From Candidatus Yanofskybacteria bacterium RIFCSPLOWO2_02_FULL_45_18 (GTDB lineage Bacteria > Patescibacteriota > Minisyncoccia > 2-02-FULL-40-12 > GWA2-44-9): 62,254 nucleotides of DNA. The notes under the pieces were generated by a model. The model ran no database searches and was not told the DNA's origin. It was given only the letters and a program-made list of their open reading frames with translations. Position 1 is the first letter of the stretch, and each line of letters begins with the position of its first letter. Shown one piece after another: positions 26,156 through 36,412 of this stretch. The translations under genes were made by a program, and so were the position numbers. Location of the stretch: positions 14,553 through 76,806 of the forward strand of contig MGKV01000007.1 in the NCBI GenBank assembly GCA_001795795.1. Reading direction: 5' to 3'.

Positions 26156-27391
26156 ATGTCTCGTCCCCACACCATTACCGGCATAGACATCGGCAATACC
26201 CAAGTTAAGGTCGCTATTGCGCAAATAGATCGCGATGCTTTAAAGCCGGAAATTATCGGCACTGGATTAGCGTCCTCCAACGGCTTACGCCGCGGAATGG
26301 TGGTAGATATGGAGGAGTCGGTAGCTAACTTATCGACAGCTGTCCAAAGAGCCCAAGCTGTGGCCGGTGTGCCCATAAAGTCGGCTTATCTCGCGGTAAA
26401 CGGAGCGCACATACGGGTTCAAACTTCACGGGGAGTTATTGCAGTTTCCCGCGCTGACAACGAAATATCCCAAAACGATATTGACCGTGTCATTCAGGCC
26501 GCTTCGGCGGTGAGCTTGCCGGCTAACCGCGAAGTCATCCATGTTATACCGCGTAATTACATCATTGACGGCGTTGAGGCGGTTAAGAATCCTCTGGGTA
26601 TGCGGGGCGTGCGGCTGGAAGCGGAAGTGTTTATCATTGACGGCCTTTCGCCGTATTGCCGCAGTTTAATCCGCTGTGTAAACGAAAACGGCATTGAGGT
26701 CGCCGGGCTGGTTTACGCTCCGCTGGCATCAGCCCTTTCGGCGCTTGATAAAAGCCAGAAAGAATTCGGCGTCATGCATCTTGATTTTGGTGGCGGAACT
26801 TCCAGTATGACCGTATTTGAAGAAGCGGATCTTGTCCATAGCGCCTTTCTGCCGATAGGATCAAGGCACATTACGAATGACTTGGCGGTGGCTTTGCGCA
26901 CTTCTCTGGATGTGGCCGAGAGGATTAAGCTGGAACATTGTTCAACTTCTGAAATTGAGGATCTGCGGCGTAGGGAAAATGTTGACCTTAGCCAGCTTTT
27001 GTCCGAGGATAATTTTATTATCCCCAAGAAGCAACTGGTTAAGGTGGTGGACGCCAGAACTAACGAGTTGCTGGAGATGGTTACAAACGAACTGAAGAAG
27101 ATCGGCAAGCATGGCCTCTTGCCAGCGGGGGTGGTATTAAGCGGCGGCGGTTCAAATTTGCCCGGCTTTGCCGCTCTGGTAAAAGAAGTTTTGCGATTGC
27201 CGGTTAGGGTCGCCCGATCTTCGGATTCTGAAAAAATTTCTGATACGGCCTTTACTGTCGCTACGGGACTGATTCTCTGGGGGATGGAACAGGAGTTCAA
27301 CGGTTCAAAGCCGGGAGGTTATAGTGAAGCGGCATTTGGCGGCGACGGTATTAAAAAAATTACCGGCTGGCTTAAAAACTTTATGCCCTAA
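26156..27391 (+). CDS. ftsA: Cell division protein FtsA
   Basis: Actin-fold motifs GIDIGN..VKV and DFGGGTS, adjacent to ftsZ. Confidence 0.92.
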   Translation: MSRPHTITGIDIGNTQVKVAIAQIDRDALKPEIIGTGLASSNGLRRGMVVDMEESVANLSTAVQRAQAVAGVPIKSAYLAVNGAHIRVQTSRGVIAVSRADNEISQNDIDRVIQAASAVSLPANREVIHVIPRNYIIDGVEAVKNPLGMRGVRLEAEVFIIDGLSPYCRSLIRCVNENGIEVAGLVYAPLASALSALDKSQKEFGVMHLDFGGGTSSMTVFEEADLVHSAFLPIGSRHITNDLAVALRTSLDVAERIKLEHCSTSEIEDLRRRENVDLSQLLSEDNFIIPKKQLVKVVDARTNELLEMVTNELKKIGKHGLLPAGVVLSGGGSNLPGFAALVKEVLRLPVRVARSSDSEKISDTAFTVATGLILWGMEQEFNGSKPGGYSEAAFGGDGIKKITGWLKNFMP

Positions 27392-27648
27392 AAAGAGATC
27401 TCTTTATCCATTCCGCCCACACATCAATGTAGGGGCGGGATTCCGAAGTTGCAATGTGTAGCTTGATTTGCAACTTCTCCACAGATTTATCCACAGGAAT
27501 AAAGGGCGTGCTTGCGTGCCTTTTTCTTTTATGATAAACCGTCATATACGGAAATTTTCAATTATCAGTTACCAATTTCTATTCAATTATCAATTGGCCA
27601 ATGTAATATTGTAAATTCGTTGGAAATTGTAAATTGTAAATTTGCGCC

Positions 27649-28818
27649 ATGGCTCAAATAAAACCCCCATTTGAAACATTTGCCAGAATAAAAGTTGTCG
27701 GAGCGGGCGGCTCGGGCGGCAACGCATTGGCTAGAATGATTGAAGCCAGAATTCATGGCGTTGAATTTATCGCCGTCAATACGGACGCCCAAGCGCTTCA
27801 TAATTCCAAGGCTTCCGCTAAAGTTCATATCGGCAAAAGCTTAACCAAGGGTTTGGGGGCGGGAATGAATCCGGAAGTGGGCCGACAGGCGGCGGAAGAC
27901 ACCAAGGAAGAAATACTTAATGCCCTAAAGGGCGCCGATATGGTTTTTATTACCTGTGGTTTGGGCGGCGGCACCGGCACCGGCGCCGCACCGATAATTG
28001 CCGATATCGCCAAAGATATCGGAGCGCTTACGGTAGCTGTGGTTACCAAGCCGTTTAGTTTTGAAGGCGCGCAAAGATCTCGGATTGCTGAAGATGGTTG
28101 GGCGATTTTGCGCGACAAAGTCGATTCTCTCATCACGATCCCCAATGACCGCATCCTTTCCATAATTGACCGTAAGACCCCGATGCTCGAAGCATTTGCG
28201 ATTGTTGACGATGTCTTAAGGCAGGGAGTTCAGGGAATTTCCGATCTTATTACCATTTCAGGAGTAATAAATGTTGACTTTGCCGATGTTAAAACGATTA
28301 TGACTAATTCGGGTTCGGCGCTTATGGGAATCGGACGGGCGACAGGCGATGACAGAGCGATTGAGGCGGCCAAAATGGCAATTAATTCTCCCCTGCTTGA
28401 AGTTTCAATTGACGGAGCCAAGGGGGTTTTATTCAATGTGTGCGGATCGCAGGATATGGCCATGGCCGAAATTAACGAAGCCGCTCGGGTGATTACCGAA
28501 CATATTGACCCCGATGCTAAGGTTATTTTCGGTGCCGTTGTTGACGATAGCATCAAAAAAGGCGAATTGAAGATTACCGTTGTTGCTACGGGATTTACTA
28601 ATGGCCATACACCCTCATCGCGCCCGACGCTTTCGGTAAGCCCTAATTTATTCAGCGACGCCGGTATTCGCCGGCCAACACCCCCTTTGTCAGGTATTCC
28701 GCCAGCTAATGCTGTTTCTGCGCTCGGCAACAACAAGGAAATTAAAGAATTTGTTGACTCTTCGGTGGGTGAAGACGATTTTGATATTCCAGCATTCATT
28801 AGGCGGAAGATGAAGTAA
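27649..28818 (+). CDS. ftsZ: Cell division protein FtsZ
   Basis: [10 protein letters not shown] tubulin signature and the C-terminal DIPAFIRR peptide. Confidence 0.97.
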   Translation: MAQIKPPFETFARIKVVGAGGSGGNALARMIEARIHGVEFIAVNTDAQALHNSKASAKVHIGKSLTKGLGAGMNPEVGRQAAEDTKEEILNALKGADMVFITCGLGGGTGTGAAPIIADIAKDIGALTVAVVTKPFSFEGAQRSRIAEDGWAILRDKVDSLITIPNDRILSIIDRKTPMLEAFAIVDDVLRQGVQGISDLITISGVINVDFADVKTIMTNSGSALMGIGRATGDDRAIEAAKMAINSPLLEVSIDGAKGVLFNVCGSQDMAMAEINEAARVITEHIDPDAKVIFGAVVDDSIKKGELKITVVATGFTNGHTPSSRPTLSVSPNLFSDAGIRRPTPPLSGIPPANAVSALGNNKEIKEFVDSSVGEDDFDIPAFIRRKMK

Positions 28819-28855
28819 AAAATCTGCCAGACGGCAGATTTTTTACTTCATCTTC
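28806..28855 (+). terminator. 23-bp perfect hairpin terminator that includes the last ftsZ codons
   Basis: GAAGATGAAGTAAAAAATCTGCC-AGAC-GGCAGATTTTTTACTTCATCTTC. Confidence 0.8.
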
Positions 28856-28997
28856 TAATTGTCAACAATTTTTAGTCTTGCGTTGAACCGTCTTTTTGTT
28901 AGATTAAAAACAGTGCGAGCATCGGCTTAAAGTTACAATAGTTATATTTGGGTCTTAATCTAGTTCCGCCATAAAGCGGAATTAATTATGCTAAATC

Positions 28998-31829
28998 ATG
29001 GATAAAACATCTGATACATCCGAAAAAGAATTGCAATTACTACCGGAATACGCCGTTGGAATCCAGCCCATGTCGGGCGGCGATTTGGATAAGGCCGGTT
29101 TTAAGTGGCCGCGCCTTTTTGGTGCGGGCCATCCGTACGATGCGATAACTTGGGAAGAACGGACTGCCAAAATAGTCAAAAGCGACGGCGTTGTTGTTTT
29201 TGAACAGCACAATGTTGAGGTTCCCAATTTCTGGTCTCAAACGGCAACCGACATCGTCGCTTCAAAGTATTTCCGCGGCCGCCTAGATTCATCGGAAAGA
29301 GAAAAAAGCATTAAGCAAATGATTGACCGTGTGGCCACGAACATCGGCAAGTGGGGTTTCAGAGACGGTTACTTTGCTTCCAAAGAAGACGCGGTCAGCT
29401 TTATTTATGACTTGGAATGGATTTTGGTCAACCAATACGCCGCTTTTAACAGCCCGGTATGGTTCAATGTCGGTGTCCAACCCAAACCGCAATGCTCTGC
29501 CTGTTTTATCCTTTCGGTTGAAGACAACATGCAGTCAATTTTAGATTGGTATAAAGATGAGGGCTGGATATTCAAGTTTGGTTCCGGTTCGGGAGTGAAT
29601 GTTTCCAAACTGCGCTCATCCAAAGAGGCGCTTTCAAAAGGCGGCTATTCTTCCGGACCGGTTTCATTCATGAAAGGAGCCGACGGCGTGGCTAATTCCA
29701 TCCGTTCCGGCGGGACAACCCGCCGCGCCGCGAAGATGGTTGTTATGAATGCCGACCATCCAGATATTAAAAATTTTATTTATTCAAAAAAGATAATCGA
29801 AGACATGACCAAAGCATTGGAACGAGCCGGTTTCAAAGATTCTATTGAGGCCGACATTTTTGATCCTTATACCTTATTGCCATATCAGAATGCCAACAAC
29901 TCGGTACGGGTGACGGATGATTTTATGAAGGCGGTTGTTAACGACGAAATGTGGGAACTGAAAGCTGTTACAAATGGTGAGGCATTGGAAAGAATCAGGG
30001 CAAGAGAGTTGCTCAAATGGTGTGCCGATGCCGCTTGGCACTGCGCCGATCCGGGCATACAATACGATACCACTATCAATAGCTGGCACACTTGTTCCCG
30101 CACCGGTCGCATCAATGCTTCTAATCCCTGCAGTGAATACATGCATCTTGATAACAGCGCCTGCAACCTCGCCTCCATCAATTTGTTCAAATTTCTGAAA
30201 GAAGGCGGAAAGTTTGACGTGGATTTGTTCAAAAAAGTAGTGGACACAATGATATTGGCGCAGGATATTATTGTTGATAACTCCTCCTATCCAACCGAAA
30301 AGATTACTCAAAATGCCAAGGATTATCGTCAGCTGGGTTTGGGGTATGCTAATTTGGGAGCGTTGCTGATGGTGTTGGGAATGCCATATGATTCTGACGC
30401 TGGCCGATTGGTTGCTGGGCAAATAACCTCGCTTATGTGCGGGGAAGCTTACCGCATGTCTGCTCTGGTTGCCGACACAAAAGGGCCCTTTGCCGGATTT
30501 AAAACTAATGCTGAACCAATGCTCGGTGTCATTAAAAAACATTTGGACGAATCCGAAAATCTTTATTCCGCTTCGCAGGAATATGGCGTCGCCGACAAGT
30601 ATCTGCAGATTGCTTCGCGGCTAGTCTGGCATGATGCCCATGACTTGAGCCGCCGTAGCGGCGTCCGCAATTCGCAGGTTACGGTTTTGGCGCCGACGGG
30701 TACCATTTCTTTCCTGATGGACTGCCGCACTACCGGAATTGAACCGGAACTGGCCCTGGTCAAATACAAAAAACTTGTCGGCGGAGGAACGCTGAAGCTG
30801 GTTAATGATTTGATGCCTCTGGCCTTGCGTCGTTTGGGCTATAGCAACAAAGAGGTGGCTGACATTGAAGAATATCTTCTGGAAAAAGAAACCATTGAAG
30901 GCGCTCCGCATATCAAAGATGAACATCTGCCGGTTTTTGATTGTTCTTTCGTGGCCGCCAACGGCTCCAGAAGCATTGGTTATATGGGCCATATCAGAAT
31001 GATGGCCGCGGCTCAGCCATTTATTTCGGGCGCAATATCCAAAACCATCAACTTGCCCGGTAACGCCACGGTTGAAGATGTGGAAAATGTTTTTATTGAA
31101 TCATGGAAGCTGGGGTTGAAGGCCATTGCTATCTATCGCGACGGTTGCAAGTCAATTCAACCGCTCAATCTTTCCAAAGACGACAAAAAAAGCGAAGCGG
31201 ACAGCCCGCTGATAGAAAGGTTCAATGGCTACAAGCGCGTTAAACTTCCGGACGAACGACCGGCTGTGACTCACAAATTCTCCGTAGGCGGTTATGAGGG
31301 TTATATGACGGTTGGCTTTTATCCCGATACTCACAAGCCCGGCGAGACCTTTTTGGTGGCGGCCAAAGAAGGCAGTACTGTTTCGGGTTTGCTGGACACC
31401 ATTGCGACGCTGGTTTCAATGTGTTTGCAGTCGGGCATTCCGCTCAAAACTTTGGTCAAAAAGTTCAAGGACCTGCGTTTTGACCCGGCTGGCTTTACCA
31501 ACAATCCCGAGATTCCCATGGCCAAGTCCATCATTGATTATATGTTTCGTTATCTAGGCGTTAAGTTTTTAAGCGCTGAAGACAAAGCCGAGATATTTGG
31601 GCCTGCCGATGCCGAAGCTTCTAATAATGAAGTGAAAGCAACCATGGTTATGTCACAAGAATTCCATACGACCGCTAACGGTGGCGGTAAAAATAAAATG
31701 GACAAAACTTTACCGCACGCTTCTGGCCAAGCCGATGCCCCAGTGTGTCAATGCGGGACGCTGATGGTTAGAGCGGGGTCTTGCTATTCCTGCCCCAATT
31801 GCTTTGCGACTACCGGCGTCTGCAATTAA
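28998..31829 (+). CDS. nrdJ: Adenosylcobalamin-dependent (class II) ribonucleotide reductase
   Basis: 943-aa ORF. NPCSEY active-site loop, TIS.LMDCRTTGIEP and a C-terminal CxxC..CxxC zinc ribbon. Confidence 0.9.
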   Translation: MDKTSDTSEKELQLLPEYAVGIQPMSGGDLDKAGFKWPRLFGAGHPYDAITWEERTAKIVKSDGVVVFEQHNVEVPNFWSQTATDIVASKYFRGRLDSSEREKSIKQMIDRVATNIGKWGFRDGYFASKEDAVSFIYDLEWILVNQYAAFNSPVWFNVGVQPKPQCSACFILSVEDNMQSILDWYKDEGWIFKFGSGSGVNVSKLRSSKEALSKGGYSSGPVSFMKGADGVANSIRSGGTTRRAAKMVVMNADHPDIKNFIYSKKIIEDMTKALERAGFKDSIEADIFDPYTLLPYQNANNSVRVTDDFMKAVVNDEMWELKAVTNGEALERIRARELLKWCADAAWHCADPGIQYDTTINSWHTCSRTGRINASNPCSEYMHLDNSACNLASINLFKFLKEGGKFDVDLFKKVVDTMILAQDIIVDNSSYPTEKITQNAKDYRQLGLGYANLGALLMVLGMPYDSDAGRLVAGQITSLMCGEAYRMSALVADTKGPFAGFKTNAEPMLGVIKKHLDESENLYSASQEYGVADKYLQIASRLVWHDAHDLSRRSGVRNSQVTVLAPTGTISFLMDCRTTGIEPELALVKYKKLVGGGTLKLVNDLMPLALRRLGYSNKEVADIEEYLLEKETIEGAPHIKDEHLPVFDCSFVAANGSRSIGYMGHIRMMAAAQPFISGAISKTINLPGNATVEDVENVFIESWKLGLKAIAIYRDGCKSIQPLNLSKDDKKSEADSPLIERFNGYKRVKLPDERPAVTHKFSVGGYEGYMTVGFYPDTHKPGETFLVAAKEGSTVSGLLDTIATLVSMCLQSGIPLKTLVKKFKDLRFDPAGFTNNPEIPMAKSIIDYMFRYLGVKFLSAEDKAEIFGPADAEASNNEVKATMVMSQEFHTTANGGGKNKMDKTLPHASGQADAPVCQCGTLMVRAGSCYSCPNCFATTGVCN

Positions 31830-31888
31830 CTCTTGTTGTGAAAAATAACTGGTTTGGTGTAAGGTGTCAGTAGTTTGTCGGAGGAGAA

Positions 31889-32093
31889 ATGAGTTACAAA
31901 GAATATGACATTGAAAATCGGTTTGTTGAGAAGTTCGGTATTTCATTCCATTTAATCAAAGTTGAGGATAGACAAGGGACGTTTTTTGCATATCCCAACG
32001 GAATTACAAACAAAAGAACAGTTTGAATATTTTGAGAATATGGCCAAGGAGATAGAATCGCTTTTGGGCCTGTTTGGTGGGGACGAGGATTGA
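31889..32093 (+). pseudogene. Small SD-led ORF apparently split by a frameshift
   Basis: GGAGGAG then the ATG at 31889 gives 45 codons to TGA at 32024..32026. The +1 frame stays open from about 31955 and reads ...HIPTELQTKEQFEYFENMAKEIESLLGLFGGDED to TGA at 32091..32093. A T6 run lies at 31982..31987. Confidence 0.4.
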
Positions 32094-32190
32094 TCGGGAT
32101 GGGCAGAAAGATTTTTTCAAAAAGCATAACTATCCGCGGTAGACGCATGTCTGCCGTTTTTGTTAGATTTATTTATTAGATTTGTTAAAA

Positions 32191-32232
32191 CCTGTCCCCT
32201 ATTTTCAGCATATGCTGAAAATAGGGGACAGG
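32191..32232. repeat. Perfect 42-bp palindrome
   Basis: CCTGTCCCCTATTTTCAGCAT/ATGCTGAAAATAGGGGACAGG. Confidence 0.9.
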
Positions 32233-32318
32233 GTGATACCGCTCCTTCTTATCAAAAAGCGAGGTGATGATTTGACGGCAGAGGAATTTTTGTTATTCTG
32301 CCGGAGAGGAGTTTAAGC

Positions 32319-32930
32319 ATGGAAAAATGGCAGAAATGGTTCCGTGACGTGAATGAAAGAAGGGTCTGTTCTTTGCAAATAAAACTTCCTGAAGGCATAT
32401 TCAAAATATTCTTTGGCGATTCGGATACACCCGAAACGCGCCAGCGGCTATTACGGACATTGGTCAATCCACTTATGGAGCAGTATCTGGAAGTTGCCGG
32501 CCAGCTCCTGTGTTCCGGCGATGCCGCTTATGCCCATTTTTCTAAAATAATGGACGCTATGGGCGGAACGGTTATTGCCATGAGTCCGGAAAACCAAGCC
32601 AATATTGAGTCCCCATCCGATGACTTTACAGTATTCGCAAGCATCCCGACTAACAAAGAAAATGAGGACAGTCCCACGATTGACGTAACGCTTAATGTCC
32701 CCCGTGACTTTGTCAAAAAAATTGTTTTTGACGATACCCATGTCGGGCGGGCGATGTGGAGTGTTGAGTGCGAACCGCTACTTCAGGCATTCGGCGGTAT
32801 TATGGGGATTCTGCTGACCTCGGGAAATTTTAAAGTGCATGCCGAACGGCTATTCGAACTTCTTGCCGAATTCGGCAAAGCTGTTGTAGAAGCCAACAAA
32901 GAATCCCCCCACCCAGTTCATGTCCAATAA
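32319..32930 (+). CDS. Hypothetical protein (orphan, 203 aa)
   Basis: SD-like GAGAGGAG upstream. No motif I can recognise. Confidence 0.65.
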   Translation: MEKWQKWFRDVNERRVCSLQIKLPEGIFKIFFGDSDTPETRQRLLRTLVNPLMEQYLEVAGQLLCSGDAAYAHFSKIMDAMGGTVIAMSPENQANIESPSDDFTVFASIPTNKENEDSPTIDVTLNVPRDFVKKIVFDDTHVGRAMWSVECEPLLQAFGGIMGILLTSGNFKVHAERLFELLAEFGKAVVEANKESPHPVHVQ

Positions 32931-32948
32931 GAGCCCCCGGCTCTTTTT
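32931..32948 (+). terminator. Short terminator hairpin
   Basis: GAGCC-CCC-GGCTC followed by T5. Confidence 0.55.
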
Positions 32949-33029
32949 GTTTTTATTTTGCAAGAAAATGAACCAAATTTGACAGCTAGACAAAATTGAC
33001 TTACTGTTTTATTAAATTAGGAGGATAAA

Positions 33030-33347
33030 ATGTATTTTGGAAATTCGTTTACAGCTAGAGATAATAAAGGCGAAGCGGTGGAAATCATGCATTGTTGCCA
33101 TTGCCCCGGCCAGGTTAATTTGTGTATTGGCGACGAATGGCGGATATTTTGCCCGTCTTGCCGGCGCTACAACGGCGCTGGCCTGCCCAAATGGGTGATG
33201 TGTTGCAACGATTGCCAGAAACCGTTGGCAGTATCGCCAGTGATTATGGGGGGCGAAGTTAAGTACGGCAGTTATTGCCTTAACTGTGGCTTTGCGCCGT
33301 CAATGCAGGACAAATGTTTTAATAATCACCCGAGTTTAGTTGGGTGA
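33030..33347 (+). CDS. Hypothetical double zinc-ribbon protein
   Basis: AGGAGG 6 nt upstream. Cys patterns CCHCP..C, CPSC, CCNDC and CLNC. Confidence 0.65.
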   Translation: MYFGNSFTARDNKGEAVEIMHCCHCPGQVNLCIGDEWRIFCPSCRRYNGAGLPKWVMCCNDCQKPLAVSPVIMGGEVKYGSYCLNCGFAPSMQDKCFNNHPSLVG

Positions 33348-33407
33348 GTATGGCAAAAGACGAGGATTCGGAGTCAAAGACGTAGATAAGCTGGGTCTAT
33401 CAGCATC

Positions 33408-33434
33408 GGGATACGCGTAGCGTATCCTTTTTTT
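33408..33434 (+). terminator. Rho-independent terminator
   Basis: GGGATACGC-GT-AGCGTATCC followed by T7. Confidence 0.75.
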
Positions 33435-33618
33435 GGCTGGTCTTGGTTTATTTTCAGCACTTTTCAGTGAGCCGCAAGGCTCTTTTTTATTTCCTAAAAT
33501 TTTGATAGTTTCTTTGAATGCATACCAGGTAGTAGAAGTTCCAGATGATTTTTACTATCTTTTCGCGGACTATTTTTTACCACAAAATACGAGCGCCTTT
33601 AGTCTACAGGTTAAAATA

Positions 33619-34809
33619 ATGGAAAATCATAAAAAGATAACTGGAACTTTCACTACCTGGCATAAGTCGCAGGTATTGTTTTATCTATTGATAGCTTTTA
33701 TTGCCGGAGTTTTTGCGGCGTCGGCCGTGGGGGTTTCAGCGATTGAAATTTCGGCATTGCTGATTTTTGGTTTGGTGGTTTTAATTTTTTCAAAACGAAG
33801 AGCTGATATCTTGCTGGCTGGCTTTCTGGTTTTAACTTTTGTTTTTGGCGCGGCGCGGTTTAACCATGCAGATTTGCCAGTCGAACAGGAAAGTCAACCA
33901 TCCGGCATCGCGGTTCTCAATATTTTAAGCTCCAAGTTTCAAGAGTCAGTTAACCAATCCATCCCCGAACCCAATGCTTCATATATCAACGGCATTCTTT
34001 TGGGCGCGCGGCAGAGTATTCCCAAAGATTTAAAAGAGGTCTTCAACCGCACCAGCACCACCCACATCCTCGCTATCTCTGGCTACAACATTACCGTCAT
34101 CGCTGATGCGGTTTTGGCGGGATTGGTATTCTGTATGCGGCGACGCTACGCTTTTTGGGTTTCGGTGGTGGTTATAATTTTATTCACTCTTTTGACTGGC
34201 GCTTCTGCGTCGGTAGTGCGGGCGGCGATAATGGGGCTTTTGTTTTTGTTTGCTTCCGGCTACGGCCGGTTGTATGACGCTAAAAATTCCATAGTTCTGG
34301 CCGGAGCAGTAATGATATATTTTAATCCGCGTGTCCTTGTCTTTAATATCGGATTTCAGCTGTCTTTTCTTGCGGTCTTGGGTCTTCTGTATATTTATCC
34401 GGTCCTCAAACACCTGACAATCAAGTGGCCGGACATATTTGAACTTAAAGAGCTGGCGCTAATGACGGTTTCGGCTCAAATTGCTGTCGCGCCGCTACTG
34501 GCCCATTATTTTAGACAATTTTCACTGGTTTCTCTGCCGGCGAATATATTGGTTTTGCCGTTTGTGCCGGCGGTAATGCTGTTGGGATTTTTGTCGGGGC
34601 TGGGCGGATTGATTTTTCTGCCGCTGGGCCAGCTTATCGGTTATGTTGCTTGGGCGCTGTCGCTCTATCAAATCAAAGTTATTCAGTTTTTGGCGGCCTT
34701 GCCGCTGGCATCGTTAAGTTTTTCTTTTGATTGGCTGTTGGTGGCGCTGGCTTGTGCGCTTTTGATATTCGCGGCATATAAGTTAAAAAATAAATATGAA
34801 ACAATCTAA
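33619..34809 (+). CDS. comEC: ComEC/Rec2 competence channel, membrane (Competence) domain
   Basis: Polytopic. THILAISGYNI and SASVVRAAIMG motifs. ATG at 33619 is chosen because the track TTG at 33433 lies inside the upstream terminator. Confidence 0.85.
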   Translation: MENHKKITGTFTTWHKSQVLFYLLIAFIAGVFAASAVGVSAIEISALLIFGLVVLIFSKRRADILLAGFLVLTFVFGAARFNHADLPVEQESQPSGIAVLNILSSKFQESVNQSIPEPNASYINGILLGARQSIPKDLKEVFNRTSTTHILAISGYNITVIADAVLAGLVFCMRRRYAFWVSVVVIILFTLLTGASASVVRAAIMGLLFLFASGYGRLYDAKNSIVLAGAVMIYFNPRVLVFNIGFQLSFLAVLGLLYIYPVLKHLTIKWPDIFELKELALMTVSAQIAVAPLLAHYFRQFSLVSLPANILVLPFVPAVMLLGFLSGLGGLIFLPLGQLIGYVAWALSLYQIKVIQFLAALPLASLSFSFDWLLVALACALLIFAAYKLKNKYETI

Positions 34810-35665
34810 GCAATTAAATTTAATTCACATAATAATCCTGATAGTTCTGGGGGTGCTGGCTTTAAACACCAGTCGCGCGGCGGGGGAGAAAGATGGCCTT
34901 TTGAAAGTTTATTTTCTGGATGTCGGGCAGGGGGATTCCATTTTTATTGAAGCGCCCAACGGCAATCAGGTTTTAGTTGACGGCGGGCCGGACGACAAGG
35001 TTTTGAGCGAACTCGGCAAAATTGTGCCATTTTACGACCATGATATTGACGCGGTCGTTGCCACGCATCCGCACGCCGACCATATTGCCGGACTTGTCGG
35101 CGTTTTGGAGCATTATCAAGTCGGCAAAATTATTGAAGCCAAAGAAGAGTACGATTCGGCGACGTATCGTGCGTGGGAGAAAGCAATCCAAGAGGAAAAC
35201 GCGGAAATCATTGAAGCTCTTGGCGGCAAAGTGCTGGACTTGGGAAATGGCGTAACCGTTACGTTGTTGTATCCGCTCGCGTCTGTTGCCGGCACCACCA
35301 CTAACAGACCTCATGATGACGCGGTTGTGGCAATGTTAAAATATAGTGATTTCAAGGTTTTGTTGACTGGCGATATGGAGGTAAAAACTGAAGAAGAATT
35401 GCTTATCCGGGGCGTTGATGTGGATGCCGATATTTTGAAGGTCGGCCATCATGGCTCCAAGACTTCTTCCGGCGGAAAGTTCTTGTCTGCGGTTTCGCCG
35501 CAACTGGCCGTAATACAGGTGGGCGCGCGTAACCGCTACCGCCACCCTTCGCCGGAAACAATCTCAAGGTTGACAGCTAATGGCATAAGGTATTATCGTA
35601 ATGATACCGACGGCACCGTGGAGATATTAAGCGATGGCCAAAACTACCAAGTCAAAAAATATTAA
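34796..35665 (+). CDS. ComEC C-terminal metallo-beta-lactamase domain as a separate ORF
   Basis: Signal/TM helix, LDVGQGDS, THPHADHIAG and VGHHGS motifs. Overlaps the previous ORF by 14 nt. Confidence 0.85.
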   Translation: MKQSKQLNLIHIIILIVLGVLALNTSRAAGEKDGLLKVYFLDVGQGDSIFIEAPNGNQVLVDGGPDDKVLSELGKIVPFYDHDIDAVVATHPHADHIAGLVGVLEHYQVGKIIEAKEEYDSATYRAWEKAIQEENAEIIEALGGKVLDLGNGVTVTLLYPLASVAGTTTNRPHDDAVVAMLKYSDFKVLLTGDMEVKTEEELLIRGVDVDADILKVGHHGSKTSSGGKFLSAVSPQLAVIQVGARNRYRHPSPETISRLTANGIRYYRNDTDGTVEILSDGQNYQVKKY

Positions 35666-36170
35666 ATCAGCTCTTGAACGGACTCTGGTGCTATTAAAAC
35701 CGGACGCTTTGGACCGCGGCATAATGGGCGAAATTATTTCTCGTTTTGAGAAGATTGGCGCAAAATTTGTCGGCATGAAGATGTTAGTGTCAGACAAGGA
35801 TACGGCTAAGTTGCATTATACCGATGACTTAGCCAAAAGGCGCGGAGAGAAAGTCAGGAAAATGATGATTGAAATGCTGATTTCCGGCCCGATTGTTGCC
35901 GTTGTATTAGAAGGCATTGACATTATTGAGGTTGTCAGAAAGATGGTTGGAGCAACCGAGCCCAAAGCGGCTTTGCCTGGCACGATTCGCGGCGATTTTG
36001 CCCACATCTCGTATCGTTATGCTGACGAAAAAAGCATTGGAATATTCAATCTTATCCACGCTTCAGATTCTCCGGAATCGGCTAAATCCGAAATTGCCGT
36101 CTGGTTCAAACCGGAAGAGTTGGTTAGCCACAAACCGGGCTATACCAAAATGACCCTGCGCGAGGACTAG
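35634..36170 (+). CDS. ndk: Nucleoside diphosphate kinase
   Basis: ERTLVLLKPD, GATEP..A.PGTIRGDF and IHASD motifs. Confidence 0.88.
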   Translation: MAKTTKSKNIKSALERTLVLLKPDALDRGIMGEIISRFEKIGAKFVGMKMLVSDKDTAKLHYTDDLAKRRGEKVRKMMIEMLISGPIVAVVLEGIDIIEVVRKMVGATEPKAALPGTIRGDFAHISYRYADEKSIGIFNLIHASDSPESAKSEIAVWFKPEELVSHKPGYTKMTLRED

Positions 36171-36412
36171 TTTTGAGATTTGATTTTTGAAATTTGAGTT
36201 TTATAATTAAGGTAGGCCTTTCGATATTTGTAAGCCTTAGGATATCATTTTCTCTAGGGAGCTCTAATTATGCGGTTCCAAGGAGGCCATTGCTTTGCGG
36301 CTATGATTTCCAACGGATTGCACTGCGGCTCCATCATTTGCAAAATGCTAGGCGCTTATTAAATATCGGGGGGCTTTTAAATTTCGTAAAAACAAACCCC
36401 CTGAATGGGGGC

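Noticed and set aside
26713-27300. Long antisense ORFs inside well-supported genes. Examples are 26713..27300 in ftsA, 28230..28799 in ftsZ, 29874..30542 in nrdJ and 46741..47232 in rplD. Others are 2101..2574 in trmH, 42624..43055 in fusA, 8203..8715 and 6177..6650.
   Set aside because: They are shadow frames opposite strongly conserved proteins. They have no SD or promoter context, and their compositions are typical of antisense translation.
27487-27495. Replication origin suggested by a perfect DnaA box TTATCCACA between ftsA and ftsZ (a near-match also lies at about 14578).
   Set aside because: It is a single isolated box with no cluster, no AT-rich unwinding repeats and no dnaA/dnaN context.
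28860-28997. NrdR box or cobalamin riboswitch upstream of nrdJ.
   Set aside because: The best NrdR-like site, ACAATAGTTATATTTG, matches only about 10 of 16 consensus positions and is single. No B12-box-like sequence was seen.
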